Assembly (NCBI RefSeq): GCF_000150275.1
Contig: NW_002060956.1
Coordinates: 463,379 to 527,378, forward strand
Source: Trichoplax adhaerens
Lineage: Eukaryota > Animalia > Placozoa
Direction of reading: 5' to 3'
Length of the DNA stretch: 64,000 nucleotides
Positions within the stretch are counted from its first letter, which is position 1; each line of letters begins with the position of its first letter. Under the pieces are notes generated by a model that worked only from the letters and a program-made list of their open reading frames with translations, made no database searches and was not told the DNA's origin. Of this stretch, positions 12,955 to 25,234 are shown one piece after another. The translations under genes and the position numbers were made by a program.

Positions 12955-15900
12955 ATGGGTCTAGGAATGTGTAAGGTAAGATGAACGCTATTCTAAATCT
13001 ACTTTTCAAGTAGTTACAATAACTACTTTGATGGGCAAATTCTGTTCTAGCACTATAGGAGAGTTCAAGGAAGCCAATAGCAATGACTGTTGATTTTAAT
13101 ATTGTACACGATCATTTTTATTTTACTTTGACATGGAAATAAAACTACACCTCTAGATCGTAATTTCTTACACCATTACACATGATGAGAGATAATTCTG
13201 TTATATCCCATCAATCATATTCAATCGACAAATCAATCTAATTTAATACAGTAATTGATTATAAGCGGTTCTCATCGATATACTATACGTACTGCATAAA
13301 TTAAAGCGTTATAGCACATTTCTGTCTTGTGCGCTACTAAAAAGACTCTAAATTGATGCAACGATGATAGGGTTATTCAACACCGAGTACATGATTTTTC
13401 TTTCAGGTATCTTTGATTCTAGAGTTTTATAAAGCTTCTTTCTTCAGTAGTTTCTGCTTTTACACCCATGACTCGATTGTACAGTAACTGAATACTTTAA
13501 CAGCAGTAGTTGGAATTGATTTAGAATCAAAATTTCAAATGACAAAAGCAGATTACGGTAATGAAATAGTTAGATTATACAAATTTGCATAGGATAGAAA
13601 AAAGCCTTCATATACACTCATACAGTAGTAGACTATTTATAAACAATTATGATGTCTAAAGTTAGGTTTCTTCTACACCGTTTATGACCTATTCGGAAAT
13701 GTCAGCAAGTTACTTTCGAGTACAATCTATACAACATCGAAAGATGACGAAATGACTACGTCGTCTAGGCAATTTAAATAGTGGATAAAATCATATATCA
13801 CATATACTATCACCAATATATTATACGTATATCATTCATCCAATTCTAGATAGAGTGATGTATAATACTAGATTCACAACATCAGTTAAAGTATATCACT
13901 CTTTTTCAATGCTTAATGATAATTATGATTGATAAGTAGACTACCCTATTTGCTACATGCACGCAATTAATGAAGTCTGAATGTGACTTTTACTGTATCT
14001 ATTTGATTACTTTTTCTATTTTTACAAACGCGATAATATGCTAGTACAAAGATATAAAAATATTCTAGTTGACTTTCATCATTTTAATCAATCTTTTTAT
14101 ATTGCCACTTAAACTTTTAATCTGGTCATCTTATCGCATCATAGGCGTATAAATTGAATATAACGCTAAGCCTGCCTAGACCAGTACGCTAAAATAGTAA
14201 ATTTATTATAGTCTATTTCAAGAGTTGGCCACATTAAAATCATGCCATCGAAATTAAACCCTTTATCATTAGGCTAATCATTCTTTTCTATATCTAATGT
14301 CTATTACCGTGGCCTATAGAATCAATTCATCCCAATTAGTTGCACGATATTTATTTCTACCTACTACCAGTTGAAAACAGTGTGTTAGTAAGCTTGGTGA
14401 GAAACTGCGATATACCGTAGTATAATATTACACGGTAAGACTATGTCTTGCAATAATTTATACCCCAATTTGATAAGTAAACGTGATTTTATAGCTTACG
14501 AAAAAAAAATCCATGTCCGGAATACGCCCGTATTTCACTTGGATAACAGATAGTTATCCATCAATCAGTATCGTTTAACTCGTTCACAATTGCTCATCTA
14601 TTTGCTTACCGTACACATTGAATGGTAATATTTGGTTACTAAAAGCCATTTTCTATTTTTCTATTTCTGTTTTGCTATAGATTTTGCCAGGTCTCTATGT
14701 TGGCAGCTATCGAGGTATGAATTAGCAACCGTCATGACAAACTAATCATTTTTACGCAATAACAGATTACTGACTATGTCCATCGAGTTTCCTTTGCAAA
14801 AATACTCAAAATATATTCTACGTTATAGATTAAATGAATAGTTGATGTTGATCGTATAATATACTCTACTAGTAATTATTAACAAGAATAACTACGAGTA
14901 TATATATACATATCAAAGGGGTATAAAAATTAAATTTCAGTTTCGAGATAGTTATAACATCAATTCTTGTACGATTATTTTACTTTGGTAAATCAGCTTT
15001 GGACGACGGATATCAGCGTAGAAATAAGATATTAAGGTCTAATCTAATGTAAATTGCGTATTTTTGACTCAATAGTTATCATTGCATAGATATAAATAAT
15101 ATGTAAGGATAGCTTTCGCAATAGAAGAACGAGTAAAGGCTATACAATTAACTTTCACCAATTTACATGATAATAATACTTTATTCCAGGCTTTTACAGT
15201 TTGCTATAATGTTGATTTTAAAAGACTATTTCAATATACCATATTTCTTCATTCAATTATAAATCATCATTCACCGATACAAGGGTATAATTAGTGAAAA
15301 TTTATTTGGAGGTTGTACTCACTGATAAACTTCTTACCATTTAACCTTTATCAGATGTACACGATAATAATCAGTTAAAGAAAAATGGTATCACTCATAT
15401 TTTGGCCGTACACGATAACTCAAGGCCTTTACATGATGTAAGTTGCCTAGTTAACCTTATAGGGCATCATACGTAAGTATTTGTAAGATCTATATAGCTA
15501 ACAGTATCCGAAAGTATCCTTTTAACTTACTAGAGACTTTAGGAAGGATACCGACAATAGAGGATACATTTTTATTACGGTACCTCATTTCAGTTTGTTC
15601 AATTTAGTTAGTAAATTTTAGTCATAGGTTTACCACAGCAGATAATTCTTTGCTATAGCACAAAATTTTAAATTCTTTCTCGTTAAAAAAATTACGTAAA
15701 GCCTTATTTAAGTAGATTAATTAAAAATTTTTAATGGTAAACTTGATAGAAAATAACCTAATTAAAATATGAGACGAAAGAAATAAGCGATTAAAGTTAT
15801 AATTCGTGGCGAATGATAGAGTTAGTAAAATAATACAAAGTAGAATTTTTACTAGTTAAAATTTTCTTCTATAATATTTTTAACGTTATTAGTACATCAC

Positions 15901-17175
15901 ATTATGGTCATATACAAATTACAGTAGTCTTAAAATAAAACAAAATATTCGTATAGGCATTTTCATGCGTCTATTATTAAACTTCTGCTGATCGTTTGAT
16001 TGAAATTAATTATAGCATATGGTCTACAAATGCATAGAATGCATGGATACGCCTCAACAAGATATGTAAGCGCTACAGTAAATGTGAAAACTAGGAACTA
16101 TTGATTAAAATTGATAACCATGTCTTCAACTTCTGAATTTGTATTGATGCTTGCTATCTGATTACTTTATAGTTAAAATATTTTAGAAAGCTTCCTAATT
16201 TTAGTAAAAATATGCGTATTCTTTTTTCTTTGATTTGATAATAAATAACTACCTTGCATCGAAATTAATATCAAATATATTTACGTCAATTTTATTTTCA
16301 TCCCTTTTAATCTTTATGTCTAAATAATATCTGCATTGTAGATCGCAACATTTCCGAGAATGCATTAATTTTATCCATCGGAGCAGGTACGTACTCGCGA
16401 AGATTATTTCTACTGTAGTCTCTATGTTGCTAATAACACTGAATAATTTGAGACATTCAATTCTGTCCTCTTACCTTAATTTTTAGAATCAATGATGGAT
16501 CAGTCTTAGTTCACTGGTAAGGCTACATGCTTGTAAATTAATACCTATTCTACTATCATATGTTAGTATTAGCTACTTTTATATATCATTACGATATTGG
16601 ATTAGGTAATTAATTGGTCTAAATGAATTTTACCTTTGATTTACTAACGATATATAATCTATAGAAGCGTTATAGGTGATTAAAAATGTTGTTATCGATG
16701 TACTAGTATATATTAAAAAGTTGTCTTATTTACGATTATATCTAGTCTGGCTGGAGTATCACGATCAGTGACGATCGTACTTGCATATTTAATAACAGTC
16801 ACTGATATGAAATGGGAAGACGCTTTAAAAGCTGTTAGAGCATCTCGTACGCAAGCAAATCCTAACTTGGGATTTCGAAGGCAATTACAGATATACACAG
16901 AAACTATGCTAGCAGAGGTAATTATAATGCCTTATTTACAGAAATTATACTCCGTGATACAGCGTGTATATAATATAGTTCTAATGTACGGAATAATCTA
17001 ATCATAAATTTATTAGACTAAAAAAGAACTTCGCGAAAGTTATCCTGACTACGAACCCACAAACGACAGTAAAGAACTAGATATACTCTTAGAAAAGGGT
17101 AAAAACATGAAGCAATACATGGATGATGACGATCGAGTATTCACCTTTCCTATTGATGCATATAAGAATGATTAG
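12955..17175 (+). CDS. Atypical dual-specificity phosphatase, DUSP22/DUSP15-like, copy 2
   Basis: Exons 12955-12975 (MGLGMCK), 14681-14714, 15355-15437, 16016-16065, 16342-16386, 16487-16516, 16746-16917 and 17018-17175. Contains HCLAGVSRS and ANPNLGFRRQL. The MGxGM N-terminus is typical of myristoylated DUSP22/15. Confidence 0.9.
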
Positions 17176-18677
17176 AAAATACTCCAAGTTCCGCATCGTG
17201 ATTTTCTGCTAGATTTAGATTACGTGCATTTACATACATAATTATAGAATGTCATTTTGACAATAACTAAGTTCGGTTATGAGTTAGTTTTAATCCTGGT
17301 AAACCTGTTATATCATCTTTTTAAAACTAACTTAATGTAATGATCGTTGCAATTGTGTTAATTAATTATTAAATATATAAGTTTGCACTTTTGTTAGAAT
17401 AATCATTATTTCTAGTAAAAATGTTAGAAGAAAGTATTCATCATTGACGAATAATAGCAATGCAGGAATGTCAATGATTCGAACCGAGTAGCTATCGTAT
17501 TTAATGACATTTATGGCGATAGATGTACTGCACAAGATCCTTTAAAGATTGATGTTGTTGTCACTTTTTTTTATCTATGTGATAAAAGACATCGATTTAC
17601 AGACAGTCCTATAGTACCTTTTAACTCGGCCAATTATGATTAGCAAATAGCAAACTCTGTTTCATTATACCATTTATAATTTTCTAGTTACGTTGAAATC
17701 TTTCCATTATAGTTTCTTTTTATATTATACTATCGACATTATTTAAGGATAATTTTACGGTTCGTAGGAATTTTTAAGAAATATTTCTGTATAAAGTATA
17801 ACCTCGGTGAATTTCATAAGGAAGTTAGATTATGTCGTTAAGAGACATAACATCGAAGTGTTATACTGTATATTGAGAGGATGTGATAATGCGATACTTT
17901 TGCTTAAATTGTGTATGATAGTCCATACGGATGATAATGTTAATATTATTTCTCGTATTTAGCTTGGCATTTATCAAGCGATATGTTAGCTATGTTATTT
18001 TGATCCTGGTGATCTGCTGTAAAATTTATGATGTAAAAATGTCACTTGGATATATCACTGTTGGACTGTTATACTCTAACTAAGACTTTTAGCGTTCAAT
18101 ATAGGAAAGCTATGATGGATTCCAAAATAAAATTAGCCCTATTATATAAAATTTTATTGACACATCATCAAATACAAAGTCAATTGTTTGAAACAGATTT
18201 ATTTCTAATCGTTTTGCTCGCATCTTTCCGATTATCGAAAAAGGCATAACTTTTAAATTTGATGATAGTAAAAAATCTCAATTTGTAATTTTCAAGCCGT
18301 TATCCGATGATTTACATGTCATAATTATAATTATTAATAATACATTGTCACCAATGATATGTCAGTAGGTACCATCTGAAACGTATACATCTAACTCATC
18401 AATTGATAACCGATTCATAGATATAATCGAATTATAATATAATGGTTTCTAGTTACAGCGAGTGAGATCAAAGATAGAAGCATTCGAGAAATTAAAATAA
18501 AATGTCGGTTTCATATTTGGTTTTATGTTGATTACCATAGTTGCATGCACTTCTTGACCAATAGATGGCATAGAGAAGGCAAAAGCGCTAAAAGCAACTT
18601 CTAGTTAAGGTTTACCATAACGTTACTGAAAATCATTAGCGGATCGAAGAAAAGCTCATACATTATTTAAAGAATAG

Positions 18678-21206
18678 TCAAGGCTTCTTCTGATTTGGTA
18701 ATGTTTCGATAATCAATTTAGGGTGGTGATAAACATGTCCAAGTGCAACCTACAACAAGATGTACCCTGTTATTAGAAACTATATGATAATTTATACGCT
18801 TATACTCTACGAAAAATATAACATATACATATATGTAGGTTTCAAACGTACTAATACAAAAACTCACAAACGGGGTAACAAAGTTAAAATGTAAATTGAC
18901 AGTCATTTAATGGATGATTAATAATGAATGACGAGAAGTGAGGTATGAATAGCGACACTAGCTGGACAAAGTTAAGTGTAAAATACTCGATTAAGCACTA
19001 TCATACAGACGTATATCAATGTCATGCAGCAATTCATCGCATCATGTAAAATCATATAAAAAATCTGTTAAGGCCGCGTACGTATTCAAGATTTTATTTG
19101 ATGGGACAATTGTAAAGAATTGGTATTCCTGAACATTTGCTTTGCACCATCATTTATTTACGATTTATTTCAGTACAATTTTTTGAATGTGTTATTACTA
19201 GAAGAGAAAGTATCGTATATACCCTTACTGTACAATACAGGGAGCTTCAGATTTTTTATTGATATGCCGTACTATACCTGCCGCTTGATTATTTCTAGGT
19301 TATGGTTTGCTTTAGATATTAATTGATTAATTACATCAGGATCCGTAACAGTTTTGTTCTCCTTAAATGCATCTTTTATTCTTCTTAACGCATAAGCCCT
19401 AAAAATAATGCAGATTGTTACATACGCGTATTAGCCTCCATAAATAAAGTCAATATATTATCGATAAAGCATGGAGAAATCAGGTGTACATTATCTATAA
19501 AGTAAAGATATATATGCCATGTAATATACTGTATGTAGTATAGTATGGATTCAATAATACGCGTACACTAGCTTTCAAAATTTTTGTCCTTGTCACTGTT
19601 AAATTATCACAAAATTACAACAGTACTATACGTGTGTTATAAGAAAGAGTTTAGACCGCACTATTGTAACGTTGCATCACAACCTTATGTCTATCATAAT
19701 AGATCTCTCTTTTACGAATGACAAATAGCTACAGAAGGAAAATTTGGTAGTTTATTACCTTCAGTATGTGAAACTTTTACTACATAACAGAATCACATTA
19801 CCATAGTGCACTACTGATTCTTTTAGGCCTCTTATTACATAACTTGAACTAATGTAGTAAAATTGAAGGTCTCGCTAGACCTGAGAAAGGTAGTACCTGA
19901 GACTTTCTCTACATACGCAATTTATACTTTTAGACTGGTCATTTAAGTGATTATACAGTAGCTATAGAAATGAGAATGGATGTCTTTGCTGTTTCCAATA
20001 TCCGAAATTTTTCACATTATACAGTACAGTACGTTTATTGTAGAGGACGTACTATAACACTATAGCTCGAGTTGTAGTTATTGCAGTATTATGAAAGTGA
20101 AATTGGATCATTTAGTTATCTCCAACATCAGAGAATCCTATACGTTCTCGTACAATGGGTATACGATAACTCTGTAGTTATGGTGAGTATAGGATTTTTA
20201 ATTTTAACAATAATTAATCAAAGGGAAATTCAGATTAATTAACCTTTCTACAATTGAAGTCAGCAAGTGATGCTGACACAGCATGATTGCAAGAATAAGA
20301 ATTCCGTTGAATGAATCAGTATGGTAAACAGTGTCCGTCTATTACATCAGCGCAATATGCAATGAGGGATTTTGCAATAGCAAATATGATCAGTAGAGCT
20401 ACCGTATTGACTAAAATATGCTTGTATAAAACCTACTACTGTAATAGGATATTTTTTCATGGAATGTCAGTTCTCGACTATAATCAAGCTAAATCAGGGC
20501 TTGATTACACGAAACTACTCACACGGCTATAGGTGTGATAAATGATATGTCGTATCTAATATAATCACTAGAGTTACTCTAATGACTTGGATGTATATAA
20601 AATGCTTCTAATTTGACATTCTTAGGGATCGCATCTTTGTCATTACTCTTGACAATCGTCAAGCTAAATTTAGGATTTGATTAGGTGGAGCTGCTCCATT
20701 ACAGCACATCATTTAGCTACACTTTTACTTATAGCTGCAATAATCGACTTGAACCTAATCCGTAGAGTTAGGTTATATACTTCGATGTATAAAGGCTTAT
20801 CATCATTGGACATTTTAAGTAGTTTTTCCGATATAACTTTTGTCTATAGCGAGATCTATCCAAGGCTTGATTCCATGAAGCGGTTCTGTAGGTCATAAAT
20901 CTACCTACTGTATAGTTGCATAATCGATTTGTAACGTGTAACATATTCAGTAAAAGTTCCGCTATCTACTTAGACGTATAAAAGCTTGTCATCATTGGAT
21001 ATTTTGAGTAGTATTTCTGTTGTAACTCTTGTCTATAACAAAACCGATCCCAGCCTTGATTATTAGAACTTTTCAACACAACATGCCATGCATGCATTCG
21101 TCACGTTAGCGGCACATTACCTATAGCTGTAAATAGGAAATTGACTTCCAGCTTTCATCATTTGTCTATATAACTTCAAAACTTGTGATGCAGTTGAATT
21201 TGACAT
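18678..21206 (-). CDS. LYRM4: LYR motif protein 4 (ISD11), Fe-S cluster assembly
   Basis: Exons 21206-21121 (MSNSTASQVLKLYRQMMKAGSQFPIYSYR), 19398-19278 (AYALRRIKDAFKENK...LEIIKRQ) and 18749-18678 (VALGHVYHHPKLIIE...*). LYR motif and YALRRIxDAF signature present. Confidence 0.92.
20440..21070. repeat. Degenerate ~185-bp-period repeat inside LYRM4 intron 1
   Basis: 20780-20871 and 20968-21061 align clearly (GTATAAArGCTTrTCATCATTGGAyATTTTrAGTAGT..GTCTATA..CTTGATT). Weaker copies end near 20506 and 20682. Confidence 0.65.
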
Positions 21207-21856
21207 ATCTGATCTCAAAAACTGGCTGATTTTATCGATATAAACGACAATCGGAAGCTTAACAGTTAGGATATCCAATAATTCTCCAGCTCGCAAAGCG
21301 CAAATTTGATTCTTGAAGCTGTTGCGTACCGGGTAACCAGATGTAATGCCCATGAATTTTTTTTGGAGTATACTGTATAATATACTACTGCATGTGAAGT
21401 ACAAATGGTGTTAACGATGAATAAGTGGGTAGAGCTGGCTAGAGTCAGCGCGGCCATGGTATTTCCTGACTATAGAAGTTACTACGCCTGCCAACCGTCC
21501 GACGTCCAGCTTCTGTATAGGCGGGTCTTCCCTACATCATTGCTAGGCTACCAAATCTTCCTCCATATGAACGTATCCTGTCTTGAGGTCCCCTTTACCT
21601 GCATAAAAAGCTAACTAAAACTGATAGAATTTCAATCCCATTTTCAATTTACAAAGCTTACAGCTTCATAGTTGTAAATCAAGGGGAATTTTCAAGCAAT
21701 GAAATTCTATACCAGAAATGTTTTGAAACTTCTCTCCGTGATTGATGAGACCTTCCTATTCAGTCAATTTCTGTTACGTAACATTGGAGGCTTTTGTGGA
21801 AAAAGGACAAGTTTCACTTTACCTATATAATTCAAGATGCAATCGCAATTTTGATG

Positions 21857-22616
21857 AAAAGCAACCATTTTTAAACGAGTTTGCAACGATGCATATCGCG
21901 TGAGCATCATCTGTGCCAATGCATTCTACTCTACTCTATGCATTACTAATATGCAGTAACATACCTCGAGGCCCTGACAGATACCGTACAAGTTTTATTT
22001 AAAAGCAACCATTTTTCAACGAGCATCATCTATGCCAATGCATTCTACTCTACTCTATGCACTACTAATATGCAGTAACATACCTCGAGGTCCTGACAGT
22101 TACCGTACAAGTTTTATTTAAAAGCAACCATTTTTCAACGAGCTTGCTCTACTCTATGCACTACTAATATGCAGTAACATACCTCGAGGTCCTGACAGTT
22201 ACCGTACAAGTTTTATTTAAAAGCAACCATTTTTAAACGAGCTTGCAACGATGCATATCGCGTGAGCATCATCTGTGCCAATGCATTCTACTCTACTCTA
22301 TGCACTACTAATATGCAGTAACATACCTCGAGGTCCTGACAGATACCGTACAAGTTTTATTTAAAAGCAACCATTTTCAACGAGCATCATCTATGCCAAT
22401 GCATTCTACTCTACTCTATGCACTACTAATATGCAGTAATATACCTCGAGGTCCTGACAGATACCGTACAAGTTTTATTTAAAAGCAATCGTTTTTAAAC
22501 GAGCTTGCAACGACCGTGAGCATCACCTGTGCCAACGCATTCTACTCTACTCTATGCACTACTAATATGCAGTAACATACCTCGAGGTCCTGACAGTTAC
22601 CGTACTAGTTTTATTT
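21857..22616. repeat. Near-identical tandem repeat, 6 units (144, 119, 99, 144, 118, 136 bp)
   Basis: Units start with AAAAGCAAyC at 21857, 22001, 22120, 22219, 22363 and 22481. Each has an almost invariant block TATGCAyTACTAATATGCAGTAAyATACCTCGAGGyCCTGACAGwTACCGTAC. Length differences come from internal deletions. Confidence 0.97.
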
Positions 22617-23470
22617 AACTTAATGGAGGTTCCACTCGCTCTCTATGGATCGTCAGCGCAGCTTCATTTATGTATTTGTAGAAAAATTAAGCTTTCTCGT
22701 GTAAGGGAATCGGGAGAAAAATTCGGAAATTGCTTTGGATAGTTTGCTGGCACAGTAGGATAAGTGATTACTCTTGTGAGCAATGTCAGAATTATGGGTG
22801 TACTTCAGAAGCTAGGGTGTTACAGTACGCAGCAGTTGCGGATGATAGTATACTTTACGTATATAACTTTTTTTTGATCTAGGTTGTTATGTCTAGACAT
22901 AGTACGCCACTTATCATTTCATGTTCAATCACTTATTAAACACGAAAGTGAGAATCGAAATAATGTAATTTCATGTTATCCAAGTATACTGCCTCAAGCA
23001 GTACTAAATTTAAAAAATTTTAATTTTATATGAAACGCTCAAAAGTATGAATTAGTCAAATTCAGCTAATTACAATAAATTATTGTCCATCTTAGTTGAC
23101 TATTCCATCAATTGCTAGCTAATTCGTGAAATTTCCTGCTAAATTAACACAAAATGCTGACGTGATGAAAGTAGTTGGCGATAGGTGTGGATCCAGAGCA
23201 CAAAAGTGAGCAAAATGCATTCATCAGAATGCGATTTGCAAAATTGCTCGTATGTATGAATTGTATTATTCAATTATTATTAATGATTGATTACACTACG
23301 AGTATATACGCGTAGTTAGGATCTACAGCATCACTTTTACGCGCAGTACTCTCATGTGAGTTGTGCCTATGCATTCGAATCCGGAAGGTTTGGATACACA
23401 AGGAATCTAAAGCAGTTTATGATAATAATAATGGAAAATCTTTATTCACGTCTACTGCCTCATAGAACTA

Positions 23471-24511
23471 TCATTGTACAACTTCTTCCGACGCTTTAAC
23501 AGATTTTTTTTTAATCACCTTGAAAGGTATAGGCTTATTAACAAAAAACTGAGCAATATATTTCAAACACTTTTCATTAATATCGATTTCTCCATTGTAA
23601 CTACTGAAAAGATCCATTGTATCAGAAGCCCAGGCCATATTTACAAGGCCTTTTTCAATGTTGTTTGTCTTTAAAGTATTCAATTGATAACACATAAAAG
23701 TAAATTGCTGACCATTAGTTATAATAGTTTGACAACATAAAGGATGCTTTAAGCTTTGACCTAGTTTACCATCCTTATTCTGTGCATGTGCAGCCAACTG
23801 TGCAAAAGACGATATAATTCCTCGAGCTATCGTTTGTTCACTTTTATAACTTTTTCTATCAATAATTATCTGTGTGTGAATATAAGGCAATGGATTACCA
23901 ATTTTATAACCGGGAAAGCTATCAAGATGAACATGCCTCTTGAATAAGCCTAGATCGCCAACAGGTAAATATTTAGCGGGTCGAAGTTGTTCTATCTTGG
24001 GTTCAGCAAATTTGCCTAGTGGAAATTTGCATCTTAAAACATACGTTGGACGATCTTCAATTTGAAACATTTCAAAATCACGCGTCCAATAAGCAGCGAT
24101 TGTCGGCCGATAGGCTAACGAAGCCTTACTCATGTAGGGATGCTCGTCCAGTGGATTAATTGACCAAAAAATTCTCATGATATCTTGTAGTAAACCCTGA
24201 GCGAAAGGTTCAGCTTTGGAGCGATGATTGGATTCTATTTGAAATAGCTTAGCTTGTAGTATTGATTTATGTAAATAAGATGATAATCGTTTGAGGGTTG
24301 CTTCAGTTACGCTTTCATCATAAACTTCAGGCATTCCTTCTTGTAATACAGATTTGGTTAGCCATAGGTATTTTGAATCGCATTGAATCGCTTGCGTTCG
24401 AGGAGGGACCATGAATGCATGCTTGATCGTCTTGAGCGAAACCAATGGAAAAAGACGGTCTCTATTTTTCCCCTTAAATTGACGAGCAACAACTTGCTTT
24501 ATTGCTTTCAT
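23471..24511 (-). CDS. Mitochondrial ribosomal protein of the mL37/mL65 (MRPL37/MRPS30, PDCD9) family, intronless
   Basis: 346-aa ORF with a basic presequence-like N-terminus and motifs LWLTKSVLQEGMP, GYKIGNPLPYIHT, PLCCQTIITNGQQFTFMCYQLNTL and GLVNMAW. Minus-strand AATAAA near 23441. Confidence 0.85.
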   Translation of the reverse strand: MKAIKQVVARQFKGKNRDRLFPLVSLKTIKHAFMVPPRTQAIQCDSKYLWLTKSVLQEGMPEVYDESVTEATLKRLSSYLHKSILQAKLFQIESNHRSKAEPFAQGLLQDIMRIFWSINPLDEHPYMSKASLAYRPTIAAYWTRDFEMFQIEDRPTYVLRCKFPLGKFAEPKIEQLRPAKYLPVGDLGLFKRHVHLDSFPGYKIGNPLPYIHTQIIIDRKSYKSEQTIARGIISSFAQLAAHAQNKDGKLGQSLKHPLCCQTIITNGQQFTFMCYQLNTLKTNNIEKGLVNMAWASDTMDLFSSYNGEIDINEKCLKYIAQFFVNKPIPFKVIKKKSVKASEEVVQ

Positions 24512-25234
24512 AATTTTATTCTACTGCTATTGGAATTGCTTGTTAACTTAAATCTGCATCAATGATAGCATCCAAAGTTTCATCTTGTAATGTTAACTTG
24601 AATGAATTTTCGGCGATCAGCCAGCTCGATCTCCAATTTGGAGGTACTGGTACTGATGCAGCTGGACGGGATCACATATGTGAGAACTGGCCCAATGCAA
24701 GCTAAACTTGGACGGCATCGTTTCATCCACTACAGTACTACTTGCATAGCGCAGTGTATGCGTTGTAGCATAGTCATCCTGAATACAAGTGATACAGTAC
24801 GGTACAGTACAGTACCGTACAGTGTACAGTATACTGTCGATATCATACTACTGTACACTGTACACTGTAGGCAGCATACTACTGTACTGTACTGTACCGT
24901 GTACAGGCTGCGGTACAGTACAGTAGAAGCAAATTGAAGTCGGGCCTTTGCGATGAAGACCGATGCAATTCGCCAGACTGACCAAGAAAGGCAACCCTTG
25001 CAGTTTAGTTGGAATTTGGATGGCATGCATGTCCGGTGGTAGGAAGAATTAGAATAGCTCTACGATTGAACGACAGACTACTGGATTCATCGATCATTTA
25101 CAACCTCAATAACTTATAGTTTTAACTAAAGGTACTTTTAAGGGTACTTGATAATATCCTTGAAAACTCCTACTTGAAGGTTCAAAACTGTGTCATCATC
25201 TCCAGAAATCAAAATTATTCCTTGATCGTTGAAG

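Noticed and set aside
15504-15568. GTATCCTTT as a third U12 donor, or an H/ACA RNA, in DUSP copy 2 intron 3
   Set aside because: It lies mid-intron as one arm of a hairpin (GTATCCTT/AAGGATAC), the gene splices in frame without it, and the upstream hairpin geometry does not fit H/ACA.
21857-22616. CRISPR array
   Set aside because: Eukaryotic context, no unique spacers (the variable parts are deletions of one sequence) and no cas genes.
23300-23400. tRNA or Pol III gene suggested by ATTCGAATCC
   Set aside because: No A box at a suitable distance and no cloverleaf could be folded.
24602-25030. Overlapping 60-111 aa ORFs rich in YSTV/VQY (similar ORFs at 29804-30518, 37948-38414 and 48827-49048)
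   Set aside because: These are translations of the TACAG promoter repeats, with no protein family signature.
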